DNA of 64,000 nucleotides from a virus, in the IMG/VR virus record IMGVR_UViG_3300031787_000093, positions 3,714 to 67,713 of that record, one strand, 5' to 3'. The notes beneath the pieces are model-generated. The model was not told the DNA's origin, did no database searches, and saw nothing but the letters and a program-made list of their open reading frames with translations. The stretch's first letter is position 1; each line of letters opens with the position of its first letter. Shown piece after piece: positions 9,799-18,949 of the stretch. The translations under genes and the position numbers were made by a program.

Positions 9799-10022
9799 TA
9801 TTTCATTTTTGGTTTAGGTTTAGGTTTGGGCTTCGCCTTTGACATTCCTGCCTCAGGACCCATGACAATGCTTTGCAACTTACTCATGGATTTTTTTACC
9901 TCACCCATTAGCTTTTTATCACCACGGATAGTTTCTGCTCTTTGAAGAGTACGAACAGCATCTTCAATTTCCCATTGTCTCTCCATCGGAGACTTTCTAG
10001 GAACACTTAATTTCTTAGCCAT
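9798..10022 (-). CDS. small basic protein with KP repeats
   Basis: Coupled ORF in the operon. Confidence 0.7.
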   Translation of the reverse strand: MAKKLSVPRKSPMERQWEIEDAVRTLQRAETIRGDKKLMGEVKKSMSKLQSIVMGPEAGMSKAKPKPKPKPKMK

Positions 10023-10485
10023 TGTTTTTATTTTTACGTTCTTCTTTTTTTGCCTTGCGATAGTTTTTCATTGCTTCTCTTCGAGCTGGGCCTTTTTTCC
10101 AAGAGCCTGCTGCAAATTTCTCTGCTCTTCGCTTGCTCTTAAAACCTATGACTTCGCCTCGTTTCATAGCTTCATTGTAAGCTGTATTACCTTGACCACC
10201 TAAATCTTTCCAAGAACCATCTTTTTCTGGGAAAATAGTGGGGTTAACTTGGTACTTGTATTTTCCAGAGCCTTCTCCCCATTCCATCACATGAGTACTT
10301 TCTCCACCGTCAGCATTTTGACGAGAGGTTTTTCTCATTTCACGAGCAGCCTGTTTACGCTTGGAGATAATCACCCCCTGACTGTCACGTTTTGGAGGAC
10401 GTGAAGATGCTGACTTTGGTCCGTTTTCAGACATCTTCTCTTGAAGATACTTGGAAACTGCGTCTGAGGATTTTTTATCGTACAT
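10015..10485 (-). CDS. basic hypothetical protein
   Basis: ORF in the operon. Confidence 0.7.
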   Translation of the reverse strand: MYDKKSSDAVSKYLQEKMSENGPKSASSRPPKRDSQGVIISKRKQAAREMRKTSRQNADGGESTHVMEWGEGSGKYKYQVNPTIFPEKDGSWKDLGGQGNTAYNEAMKRGEVIGFKSKRRAEKFAAGSWKKGPARREAMKNYRKAKKEERKNKNNG

Positions 10486-10486
10486 G

Positions 10487-10873
10487 TTATTTGCCTTCGT
10501 AAATGGAAATCTGTTCCTGTATTTTAGCAGTGGTTACATCATTCTTCATCATGATGTTACCTTCCCACTTAAACACAAAAGTATTTCCTTTGAACAATGT
10601 AATGCAAGGTAACTTACATCTAACATTTGGGTTGTTTGTTATGTCCTGATAAACATAACTACAGTTGGGTATCTTATCTAAACCTTTTACTGTGTTTTGT
10701 TTATTCCACTCGGCATTCTGCTGTACTAACTTGTATGTTTTTACCTGTGCCTTTGAGTGTTTTTCAGCATGATTACTTTCTTTTTTAAATGGCTGAGAAA
10801 CCAATACTCCAAAACCCCAGCCTGCAACTGCAGCAATAAGTACTTTGCCAGCAATTAAAATTGTAGCTTTCAT
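10487..10873 (-). CDS. membrane-anchored or exported protein, possible thioredoxin-like fold lacking CxxC
   Basis: N-terminal hydrophobic segment; QNAEWN at a WCGPC-like position; LPCITLFKG resembles the cis-Pro strand. Confidence 0.45.
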   Translation of the reverse strand: MKATILIAGKVLIAAVAGWGFGVLVSQPFKKESNHAEKHSKAQVKTYKLVQQNAEWNKQNTVKGLDKIPNCSYVYQDITNNPNVRCKLPCITLFKGNTFVFKWEGNIMMKNDVTTAKIQEQISIYEGK

Positions 10874-11154
10874 TACTTTTGATCGTAAACTCGTTCTTCT
10901 AACTTCTTAACACTTTCTTTGATGTCAGATACATCTTTTTGAGTGTTCAAAATTGCCTCACGAATCAACTCATCTTTCAATTTAAACTCTACTTCTGAAA
11001 CTGGAGGCTTTGGAAGTTGCTTAGCTTCCTCAATATCCTGTTTCAGGGTGTAGTAAACCCCAGCCAATGACATAATTCCACCTACAATTGCTACAAGCAT
11101 TTGTGTGCTGAACTGCCACTTGCTGTTTTCATCTATTTGAAATGGCTTGTTCAT
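10873..11154 (-). CDS. single-TM coiled-coil protein (possibly lysis-associated)
   Basis: TM segment LVAIVGGIMSLAGVYY followed by coiled coil. Confidence 0.55.
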   Translation of the reverse strand: MNKPFQIDENSKWQFSTQMLVAIVGGIMSLAGVYYTLKQDIEEAKQLPKPPVSEVEFKLKDELIREAILNTQKDVSDIKESVKKLEERVYDQK

Positions 11155-11155
11155 T

Positions 11156-11296
11156 TTATTTCTTCTTCATCTTAGCTGCTTTTTCTGCCTTTTCTTTTTT
11201 CTTATAGGCAGCACTGTCTTCTTTTTCGACCTCAATCTTCATACCCTTAGGTACGCTGATAGTTTTGCCGTTGGATTTTTTTATAGTCTTTTTCAT
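11156..11296 (-). CDS. 46-aa Lys-rich protein (not in the ORF track)
   Basis: Hand translation MKKTIKKSNGKTISVPKGMKIEVEKEDSAAYKKKERQKKAAKMKKK; fits the gap exactly. Confidence 0.7.
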   Translation of the reverse strand: MKKTIKKSNGKTISVPKGMKIEVEKEDSAAYKKKEKAEKAAKMKKK

Positions 11297-11297
11297 G

Positions 11298-11609
11298 TTA
11301 TGATCCTTTCTTCCATTTTTTACTTGGAGATGCAGTCTTACTCGGACTCCACTTTACTTTGTCAGCCCAATATGCAGCACTCATTTTTCCCTTGCCTATG
11401 TTCTTAGCATGGCGAGATTTGAATGCTTCACGTTGTCCTACTGTTTGATTTGTTTTAACGCCTTGTTGACCAAAGCGAATGGTCTTCACTTGGTCTCCTT
11501 GCTTAGCCACAACAATGTGACTCTTGGTAGGATGTCCGGGTGTAGCCTTAGGTTTATTATAACCTGAGACCCCTGCCCTACTCAGCCGACTGTCCTTCTT
11601 TACTGCCAT
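11298..11609 (-). CDS. conserved basic phage protein
   Basis: PTKSHIVVAK...KTIRFGQQG...FKSRH...SAAYWA pattern, which I recall from aquatic phage proteins. Confidence 0.7.
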   Translation of the reverse strand: MAVKKDSRLSRAGVSGYNKPKATPGHPTKSHIVVAKQGDQVKTIRFGQQGVKTNQTVGQREAFKSRHAKNIGKGKMSAAYWADKVKWSPSKTASPSKKWKKGS

Positions 11610-11802
11610 ATCGACTTGAGAATTTTTCTGCCACAGAACCTAGTCCATAAGCAATTGTACAGAACTCAACAGCTTCTACAACTCGCTCATTGTCGCTGGT
11701 AAACATAGCGACAACTAAGGAGATAAAGCCAATTGCACCAAGAACTCTTTTATGTGATACTCCCTCAGAGGAAGAAAACATATCTATCATGAACTTTTTC
11801 AT
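11578..11802 (-). CDS. putative holin
   Basis: 74 aa with two hydrophobic segments; SHKRV precedes the first. Confidence 0.45.
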   Translation of the reverse strand: MKKFMIDMFSSSEGVSHKRVLGAIGFISLVVAMFTSDNERVVEAVEFCTIAYGLGSVAEKFSSRYGSKEGQSAE

Positions 11803-12044
11803 TATTGAATAGGGGTTGGTTGAATAACTTCAAACTCTGCTGGCTCACCGAGTACAGCAACCAAAGAATCATCAAAAGGTATATACCAAAACTGAGGACT
11901 ATTTAATTTTGCTAAATAGTAATCAGTCCAATTTTGTGTAACATCTTCAGGCGATTTTGGAATGCCATAGTAAGTATTACACGCTTTACGAGCAGCAACT
12001 GCATCTTTTTCAGATGTGTATTTATATCCACTAATAAATGCCAT
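11802..12044 (-). CDS. hypothetical protein, possibly tail-associated
   Basis: Coupled to the lectin-like tail gene. Confidence 0.6.
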   Translation of the reverse strand: MAFISGYKYTSEKDAVAARKACNTYYGIPKSPEDVTQNWTDYYLAKLNSPQFWYIPFDDSLVAVLGEPAEFEVIQPTPIQ

Positions 12045-12882
12045 AACGAGAATTTATATTGCTATTAATCAATGAAATATTAGATAATTTACTACTTCCG
12101 TAAGTTATAACTTCTGATACTTCACCGCTGAAAAAAGAACCTGTAGCTGGAGTTGGAGCACCAATAGTAAAGGGAAGACTACTTGGACCATAAGGTAATC
12201 CTATTGTTTTAGAATTGGATGCACCATTGATATAAAAATACTGAGTTGACCCTTGTACAATACCAACTAAAAGAAAATGGTTTAGTGATTTATTAACTTG
12301 TATGTCACTAGCTGAGGGAGCGGATTTTAATTCAAACAAAAACTTACCGGGTATTAAACCAAGTGCATATTGAAAACCATTAGCTGTAGCAAAGTCTGCA
12401 CCACCACTAATGTAATTAAAAGTAGAAGTTGCTGTCGAATATGCTACTGCTATCATTGTAATTGGACCATTGTCAATAGGTAATGCTCCTGCTGTTGACA
12501 TGGAATCATTGGTACCATCAAATAATATTGTCGGTTTACTATTTCTAGTTATTACAGAACCACTAGAAACAATCTGTGGTTGATTGGTACCAGTTGTCTG
12601 TGAAAGGTCCTGTGAAAAACCAGATTGGTCATACCACTTTGTTACAAAACCATTGTTAGAGCCTACAAATGAAGTTAACGCAGAAGTATTTAATGCACCT
12701 GAAGCAGTAAAGCCAATATCCTGTTCTGTGTTGTCACTTGACCTACGAACACGAATAGCAGAACCTGTGTAATTATTGTTTAATTTCTGTAATGAATAAG
12801 CAGATGCTGCATCAGGAACTTCATCTAAAAAAAGAGGAGAACCTAAAGCACGGTTAGCAATATTTACACCAAATCTAATCAC
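12031..12882 (-). CDS. LamG/concanavalin-like virion or tail protein
   Basis: AYSLQKL...AIRVRRSSDNTEQDIGF...VTKWYDQSG...FDGTND pattern. Confidence 0.7.
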   Translation of the reverse strand: MIRFGVNIANRALGSPLFLDEVPDAASAYSLQKLNNNYTGSAIRVRRSSDNTEQDIGFTASGALNTSALTSFVGSNNGFVTKWYDQSGFSQDLSQTTGTNQPQIVSSGSVITRNSKPTILFDGTNDSMSTAGALPIDNGPITMIAVAYSTATSTFNYISGGADFATANGFQYALGLIPGKFLFELKSAPSASDIQVNKSLNHFLLVGIVQGSTQYFYINGASNSKTIGLPYGPSSLPFTIGAPTPATGSFFSGEVSEVITYGSSKLSNISLINSNINSRYGIY

Positions 12883-13173
12883 TTACTTAAAGTAAAAATA
12901 TGCAACTACACTACCGCTGGTAAGCGTGATTGATGAAAAATATGATCCGTATGGTGCTGAAATAAGCATCCCGGTCTTCAATGTAACACCACTTAAGCCC
13001 ATGGCTGACGTTACGTCAACACCTGCTGGGTTTAATACCTGTGCAACCACTGCGTCTGCGTTAACAACAAACGCCTGAATGTTATCAACATTGGCACTTG
13101 TGTTACTTATAACTCGACATCCGGTTAATCCACCTTGGAAATCTAATGACCGGGAAAATACTTCTACTGGCAT
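12883..13173 (-). CDS. small beta-rich structural protein
   Basis: C-terminus SSITLTSGSVVAY; located in the tail region. Confidence 0.6.
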   Translation of the reverse strand: MPVEVFSRSLDFQGGLTGCRVISNTSANVDNIQAFVVNADAVVAQVLNPAGVDVTSAMGLSGVTLKTGMLISAPYGSYFSSITLTSGSVVAYFYFK

Positions 13174-13209
13174 GGTTTTAATTTATAACAAATTAAATAT
13201 AAAATCTAT

Positions 13210-13470
13210 TTAAAAACAAGCTAATGCCTGTGCCTTAACCAGTATGGTTAATTGGTCATTGTCTTTGATAAAATTCTTCAAAGTCTCTGAGTCCGAAGGA
13301 TCTAGCTCCAAAGGTTCTCCCTTGTGAAGTTTCTGAGCCCAATGGAAATACTTCAAAGCATCTCCTTTAGAACCGTTAACTAACATTTGAGCAACCAATT
13401 TACCCATGTTTGCGTCTGGTAATTCAACTCCATCCAATCCAAGGATGGGCACATTCATATTTATTTTCAT
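13210..13470 (-). CDS. putative tail-fibre assembly protein
   Basis: Small gene downstream of the tail fibre. Confidence 0.5.
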   Translation of the reverse strand: MKINMNVPILGLDGVELPDANMGKLVAQMLVNGSKGDALKYFHWAQKLHKGEPLELDPSDSETLKNFIKDNDQLTILVKAQALACF

Positions 13471-13757
13471 ATTTTAGTAAAATTTAATTGATTTAAAGCC
13501 CAGTCAATTGGGTAATTATCATCTGTTCCCCACTGAGCGTATTCAGTTTCTGTCATTTCTAAATTTCCTTCTAGTAAAATTGTACCTAACTTTTTTGTTG
13601 GTTGCTCGTCTGATTCAGCTGCAGGAATTACTACCTCTGAATAAATTGACCAATAAAAAGTAGGAGTTGTTCCGGGAAGAGGTAGATTCAAAAGTGTCAA
13701 ATTAAAATACTTTGCTACGCCTCTTGTTGGAACATTTACATCTTGTATCCGTATCAT
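13467..13757 (-). CDS. putative tail-fibre chaperone
   Basis: Likely start ATG 13757, 5 nt after TAACTTTG; YAQWGTDDNY motif. Confidence 0.5.
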   Translation of the reverse strand: MIRIQDVNVPTRGVAKYFNLTLLNLPLPGTTPTFYWSIYSEVVIPAAESDEQPTKKLGTILLEGNLEMTETEYAQWGTDDNYPIDWALNQLNFTKI

Positions 13758-13774
13758 ACTAACAAAGTTATAAA

Positions 13775-16700
13775 TTAAATTAGATTCGCCCAAGCACCGT
13801 TTTCAAATCCTCTAAACTTGTTCGTTGCTGTATTATAATAAATGTCTCCGTTAGCTGAGTTTGCGACACCGGGATCAGCAGCCAAACCTGCTACACGCAA
13901 CACTCCGTTCTGTAAACGTAATGCTACTGAATCAACCCCTGTAAATGCACCAAGAGTAAATGTAGGTTGAATATCCACAGCAACCAATACATCGTTGTTT
14001 GCTGCTGCTACAATGGTATTGTTAAAGTGCACACCACGACCCAATGCTCCACTTGCAGTCATACTTCCAGTCGTGGTTAAAAGACCATCTGCACGCAGAG
14101 TAAGTTTATCGTTATTGTTTGAGTCTCTATGTCTTAAAATAAAACTAGTGCTATTAGAAGTTCTTCCTCTTACACCAAATTCTGTATCACTATTGGGAGG
14201 GGTGTTTGTAGTTACTCCAAAGTTAATAAATATACCTTGACCACGACCAGCAACATCTGTATCCAATAAAATAGGCTTGTATGAAGGCGATGTACCGTTA
14301 CCATAATTGTAACCGCAAAACTGAGTGTAGGTTGTATTGTTATAAGGGAAGATAAATCCTGAGGCCGAACCACCACCTTGACCACAACCAAAGAATGCGT
14401 ATGTACTATTTCTAAAGTCCATAATTGATTCACCTGCTCCGTTTTGCACTTCAAATATTCTCGTTGCAACGAGTGAATCTGTTCCTCTTATAAATAAATT
14501 ACCGCTTACTTGAAGTTTTTGCCCAGAATCCGTAGTCTTATTTATTACTACGTTACCATTTGCAAAGATTCTCATCCGTTCGGTATTGTTAGTACCCATT
14601 ACAAAATTGGTACTTGAAAATGTTCCTAATAAGAATGAACCTGTTCCTGATAAGTTTGCCAATAAGGATGCACTACGAGCAAGTGCAATACCCATTTGAC
14701 TTCCTGTAGCAGCAGAACCAAACACTCGATATACTACGTTGTCTGTTTGGTCGTTTTGTGCTACCCAAGCAGCCGAAGCATTTGTACCACCAGCAGTAAT
14801 ACGAGCGAAGATGTTTGCGTTGGCAGAATCTACAATATGTAATTTTTCTGTGGGTGATGCAATACCAATACCAACCCTATTGTTTGTAGCATCTACAACC
14901 AAGGTGTCTGTGTCTACGGTCAAACCACCAACAGTAATTGAGTTAGTAGTAGTGTTACCAGCTGTAGTTACTTGGTCTAAGGTTGGAGTTGGTCCTCCAC
15001 CACCTGTACCATTGGAAGCAGCAGTAATTCTACCTTGTGCATCTACAGTAATGTCAGCACTTGTATAAGAGCCGGGAACAACTGCTGTATTTGCCAAGTC
15101 TATTGTACCACTAGTGGTTATAGTACCTCCATTTAATCCTGTACCTGCGGTAATAGAAGTAACAGTACCAGACCCCCCAGCTGTGCCATTAGAAGCAGCG
15201 GTAATTCTACCCTTAGAATCTACAGTGATGTTAGCATTTGTATACGATCCGGGGGTAACTGCTGTATTCGCTAAAGTAGCTGTGATTGCAGTAGTACCCG
15301 AACCTGTTACATCACCGCTCAAGGTGATGGTTTGGTTGGCTGTCAAGTAAGATACATTCGATCCCGAAGTTACGAGCCCCTTTGCATTTACGGTAACATT
15401 ATTATACGTACCAGCAGTAACACCGCTATTTGCTAACGTGACAGTGATTGCAGTAGTTCCAGAACCAGTTGCATCGCCACTCAAAGTAATGGTTTGGTTG
15501 CCAGAAATACGAGCATTGACTTGCCCTTGAAGTTTTTCGATTGCAACCTCAAGTGAGTCAGTATTTACAACAGAAGTATTTGATCCTGTTACAAACCCAG
15601 TAATTACCTGTGCATAGAAATCAGTAATCCCATAGCCAGAAATCGTGGTAGGATTTGTACCAGCCGTCACACGACCTTTAGCATCTACTGTCACAGAACG
15701 ATATGTACCTGCTGTAACTCCACTATTAGCGAGAGTAACTGCAATAGATGTTGTTCCGCTACCTGTGGCATCACCAGTTAAACTGATGGTTTGGTTGCCT
15801 GTTAAATACGTATTGGTATCTAAAGCAAATGTACCTGCTGCAGTCATCTTAACAAAAGATGTAGAAACAAAGGTCAAACCTGCCAAAGAAGTCAAGTTGG
15901 TTGCCAATGGCTGACCACCCAAACCTGCCAATGTATAGTTTGGAATATTAAGAGTATTGGAAGTTAAAGTTGCAGCACCGCTTGACCCTGTTGTGGTCAA
16001 AGAAGTAATACGATTTGTATATGCTGTATCCCAGTTTGTCTGAGATGTAGTTGTTGGTAAAGCATAACCCGATGCAAAGGTTACAGCCAGTGTACCTGAG
16101 GTAGTAATCGGAGACCCACTCACAGAGAATCCTGTAGGTACACTCATTGCAACGGAGGTCACCGTTCCACTACCGCCACCGCCACCACCAGTACCATTTG
16201 ACGCAGCTGTTATGCGACCTTTGGAATCAACTGTTATGTTCGCATTTGTATACGACCCAGCAGTTACACCAGTATTGGCAAGAGTAACCGTAATTGCAGT
16301 TGTTCCAGAACCAGTTGCGTCACCACTTAACGTAATTGTTTGGTTAGTGGTTAAAAAGTTTGGTGTCCAGTTTTCCCAATATTGCTGAGTACTATTGTAA
16401 CGCAACAACTGATTATTGGCAGGAGAAGTGATTACGACATCGTGCAATTCATTAATCTCATAACCATTCTTAATAAGAATAACTATTCTACCTAATGTAG
16501 GGTGCGATCTTGCAACATAACCTAAAAATACAGCGTGATCGGGCTCAGAGGGAACTGTTGTAGTCCATCCTCCTGCTGTAGTTGGAGATAACCACAAAGC
16601 ATCACCTGCTGCAAATGCAGATGTATTTAAATCGTGCAATGTTCCTGCACAAGCAACAAATCCATCTGCATTATTGGCAATATCTGCAACAACAAATCCA

Positions 16701-17146
16701 AATGTCTTGGAAGAAGTTGCCTCAGAATTTGCTTGAGCACGAACAGCATTTGGTCTGTTTCCAGTTGCTCCACTAAGGTATACTACAGTGCCCTTAGTCA
16801 TTGTAGTTCCTGTGGAATTTCGTACTATAATTTGAGTGGTTTCGGCTGCATCTACGGTCCCATCATTATCATAATCATATACTGCTTTGAGCATGTCACC
16901 AGCAGTGTAACCTAAGGCACCATTTACATCTGTTGCTGTGAGAATTACAGCTCCTGTTCGACCATTAAATGAAGTAACTGCACTGCTACTTCCGGGAGCA
17001 ACTAGTAGTTTTATATTTTCAGCAATTCTACGAAGGCGTTGCTCTTTTTCCCGGTATAGAATATTTTTTGTAGTGTCATACAGTCGCTTGTTTTCAATAG
17101 CAAGCGACAATATACTGGATGCTATGATTTCAGCTTCCGTAGCCAC
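13775..17146 (-). CDS. tail fibre / receptor-binding protein
   Basis: VTSFNGRTGAV motif, repeated NQTITLSGDATGSGTTAITVTLAN...TVDxKGRITAASNG units, VGIG and ERMRI motifs, C-terminal GDIYYNTATNKFRG. Confidence 0.85.
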   Translation of the reverse strand: MATEAEIIASSILSLAIENKRLYDTTKNILYREKEQRLRRIAENIKLLVAPGSSSAVTSFNGRTGAVILTATDVNGALGYTAGDMLKAVYDYDNDGTVDAAETTQIIVRNSTGTTMTKGTVVYLSGATGNRPNAVRAQANSEATSSKTFGFVVADIANNADGFVACAGTLHDLNTSAFAAGDALWLSPTTAGGWTTTVPSEPDHAVFLGYVARSHPTLGRIVILIKNGYEINELHDVVITSPANNQLLRYNSTQQYWENWTPNFLTTNQTITLSGDATGSGTTAITVTLANTGVTAGSYTNANITVDSKGRITAASNGTGGGGGGSGTVTSVAMSVPTGFSVSGSPITTSGTLAVTFASGYALPTTTSQTNWDTAYTNRITSLTTTGSSGAATLTSNTLNIPNYTLAGLGGQPLATNLTSLAGLTFVSTSFVKMTAAGTFALDTNTYLTGNQTISLTGDATGSGTTSIAVTLANSGVTAGTYRSVTVDAKGRVTAGTNPTTISGYGITDFYAQVITGFVTGSNTSVVNTDSLEVAIEKLQGQVNARISGNQTITLSGDATGSGTTAITVTLANSGVTAGTYNNVTVNAKGLVTSGSNVSYLTANQTITLSGDVTGSGTTAITATLANTAVTPGSYTNANITVDSKGRITAASNGTAGGSGTVTSITAGTGLNGGTITTSGTIDLANTAVVPGSYTSADITVDAQGRITAASNGTGGGGPTPTLDQVTTAGNTTTNSITVGGLTVDTDTLVVDATNNRVGIGIASPTEKLHIVDSANANIFARITAGGTNASAAWVAQNDQTDNVVYRVFGSAATGSQMGIALARSASLLANLSGTGSFLLGTFSSTNFVMGTNNTERMRIFANGNVVINKTTDSGQKLQVSGNLFIRGTDSLVATRIFEVQNGAGESIMDFRNSTYAFFGCGQGGGSASGFIFPYNNTTYTQFCGYNYGNGTSPSYKPILLDTDVAGRGQGIFINFGVTTNTPPNSDTEFGVRGRTSNSTSFILRHRDSNNNDKLTLRADGLLTTTGSMTASGALGRGVHFNNTIVAAANNDVLVAVDIQPTFTLGAFTGVDSVALRLQNGVLRVAGLAADPGVANSANGDIYYNTATNKFRGFENGAWANLI

Positions 17147-17150
17147 AGGA

Positions 17151-17738
17151 TTAAACTATGTCTTTTGATTCAATCAAAGTATAAGTAAATGAGTTTCCGT
17201 GGACCTTTGAAGCTTTCTTACAGATTCTCATAAACTCATCGAAGTCTTTCACACGTTTAAAAACCTGACACCCTTCAGACCACCGCTCCACCCACGTAGA
17301 ATCTAAACCAGCTTTGTGAATATTAATACCATAAACACCTTCCGTAGTTACATCTACATCGTATTCCATGTCACGATCATTATCTCTATAGACTTTTATA
17401 TTAGCTTTTTGTCCTAAAGCTTCGTACTTGCCTTGGTGTAATCTAATCATGTGTGAACCGGGGTACTGTCCGGGAACTACCCTAGCTATACCGCCAATCT
17501 TGTTACCAGTAACCATGGGAGCCTTACCGGGATCAGTGGTAGCATTCCAAATAAAAAACTGCCAAATGCCATTGATCTTGTAAGAAATAGTTAACCAGTC
17601 ATCAAACAAGTTAGTTACTTTATTTCCGGGGGTACTGTTTCTGATACCTATAATATTTACGTTCAAGTCTCCGTTTTCAAAGTACTTGTACCCTTTTGCT
17701 TTTACAGCTTTTTCTACTTGCTCTCTAGTATAGTTCAT
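17151..17738 (-). CDS. putative endolysin, YkuD/L,D-transpeptidase-like fold
   Basis: GINIHKAG...WSEGCQV matches the YkuD HxxN...SxGC catalytic motif. Confidence 0.65.
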   Translation of the reverse strand: MNYTREQVEKAVKAKGYKYFENGDLNVNIIGIRNSTPGNKVTNLFDDWLTISYKINGIWQFFIWNATTDPGKAPMVTGNKIGGIARVVPGQYPGSHMIRLHQGKYEALGQKANIKVYRDNDRDMEYDVDVTTEGVYGINIHKAGLDSTWVERWSEGCQVFKRVKDFDEFMRICKKASKVHGNSFTYTLIESKDIV

Positions 17739-17749
17739 AATATATTATT

Positions 17750-18370
17750 TTAGGTTCCTCCAGCATCTAAATAATCGGGTATTCCATCGCCATCAGTATC
17801 TATCGGATTGCTAGGGTCTGGACCAGCCTCAAGGTTATCAGGTATACCGTCTCCATCTGAATCCCAATCCAAGTAGTTCGGAATGGTATCGCCATCTGCA
17901 TCTCCAACCCCTTCAACAGAGTCAGGAATAGTATCACCATCGGTATCAATGATCGGAGGTTCTATTCCTCCTCCACCTCCTTCTCCACCGCCTTCTTCTG
18001 GGTCAGGGATTACTTCACCGCCACCAGTTCCAACATCAGGGGTTCCATCTCCATCACCGTCAACCAAATACTCTTGACCTGTCACACTCAAAACAAAGTT
18101 ATTGTACTCTGCAGTTGTGACAACTGGATTTACTCCACAAACTCCAGCAGATAAACCTAAAAGTTGATTTACTTCATCTGAAGTTAAATAACCAGCGTGG
18201 TCAATGGCAAAAAGATACTTCAAAGCATCCTTTTGATTTTTAATTTTACCCTCACAAGGAACATCGTACTTAGCAGATTCCTGCAGTGCAAGTTCACTGG
18301 TACCAATAAATTTAGTTAAGAATATTTTAGACTTAACTAACCCTTCGATTTGTAATGCAGTAAGTGCCAT
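17750..18370 (-). CDS. virion protein with Ca-binding DxDGDxxPD (thrombospondin type-3-like) repeats
   Basis: [36 protein letters not shown] after a G/P/E linker; start taken at the TAATG overlap at 18370. Confidence 0.7.
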   Translation of the reverse strand: MALTALQIEGLVKSKIFLTKFIGTSELALQESAKYDVPCEGKIKNQKDALKYLFAIDHAGYLTSDEVNQLLGLSAGVCGVNPVVTTAEYNNFVLSVTGQEYLVDGDGDGTPDVGTGGGEVIPDPEEGGGEGGGGGIEPPIIDTDGDTIPDSVEGVGDADGDTIPNYLDWDSDGDGIPDNLEAGPDPSNPIDTDGDGIPDYLDAGGT

Positions 18371-18918
18371 TAGCAACCACAACTTCCAGACAACCCTGTG
18401 TTTCCACAGCCAGCAACCAAATCATTAAACTCCCCCAATAAAGTTTGAGCCAATGTCCATTGCTGCGAATCTTCAGCTAGAACCATTTTGTCGTAGATGA
18501 ATTTCAACTCTTCAAAATTTACATTGTTTTGCAAGGCTAGCTGAGCTAAAGTAGCTTTAGCTGCTTCATATCTCAGGAAGTAAAAAGTCTCAGCTGGAAT
18601 AGCCGTTGGACTAGCTGTAAAAGTAGTAACTACTTCGTACAACCCATCTGGAACTGTTGGTAACTGAGTAAAGATATCAACTTGTCTGTACGCAGCAGTC
18701 CAAAAAGTTGACGTATACAACCCGGTAATGGTGTCAGCAACTGTTTGACCCGGTCTCTTTACCGTACAGGCTATAGCACTAACGGAAGCTCGTGTTGCAT
18801 TACCTCCAGCACCACCCCATCCTTCAGGGTTGGTCGTAGCATTGTAATCGCCAGTCACATCGCTCAATAGCATTGTGTACTGACCGTTTACAACATCAAG
18901 TTTAACATTAAGTGGCAT
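18370..18918 (-). CDS. structural protein (tail hub or fibre-dock-like)
   Basis: [22 protein letters not shown]-like motif, C-terminal CGC as in crAss-like tail proteins. Confidence 0.55.
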   Translation of the reverse strand: MPLNVKLDVVNGQYTMLLSDVTGDYNATTNPEGWGGAGGNATRASVSAIACTVKRPGQTVADTITGLYTSTFWTAAYRQVDIFTQLPTVPDGLYEVVTTFTASPTAIPAETFYFLRYEAAKATLAQLALQNNVNFEELKFIYDKMVLAEDSQQWTLAQTLLGEFNDLVAGCGNTGLSGSCGC

Positions 18919-18949
18919 AGTTCAAAATTAATAATTATTTTTCATAAAA

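Noticed and set aside
13775-17146. Diversity-generating retroelement targeting the tail fibre
   Set aside because: No reverse transcriptase and no TR/VR pair differing at adenines was seen in the window.
17750-18100. DxDGD motifs as an RNA polymerase catalytic loop
   Set aside because: They are tandem acidic Ca-binding repeats in a protein of about 200 aa.
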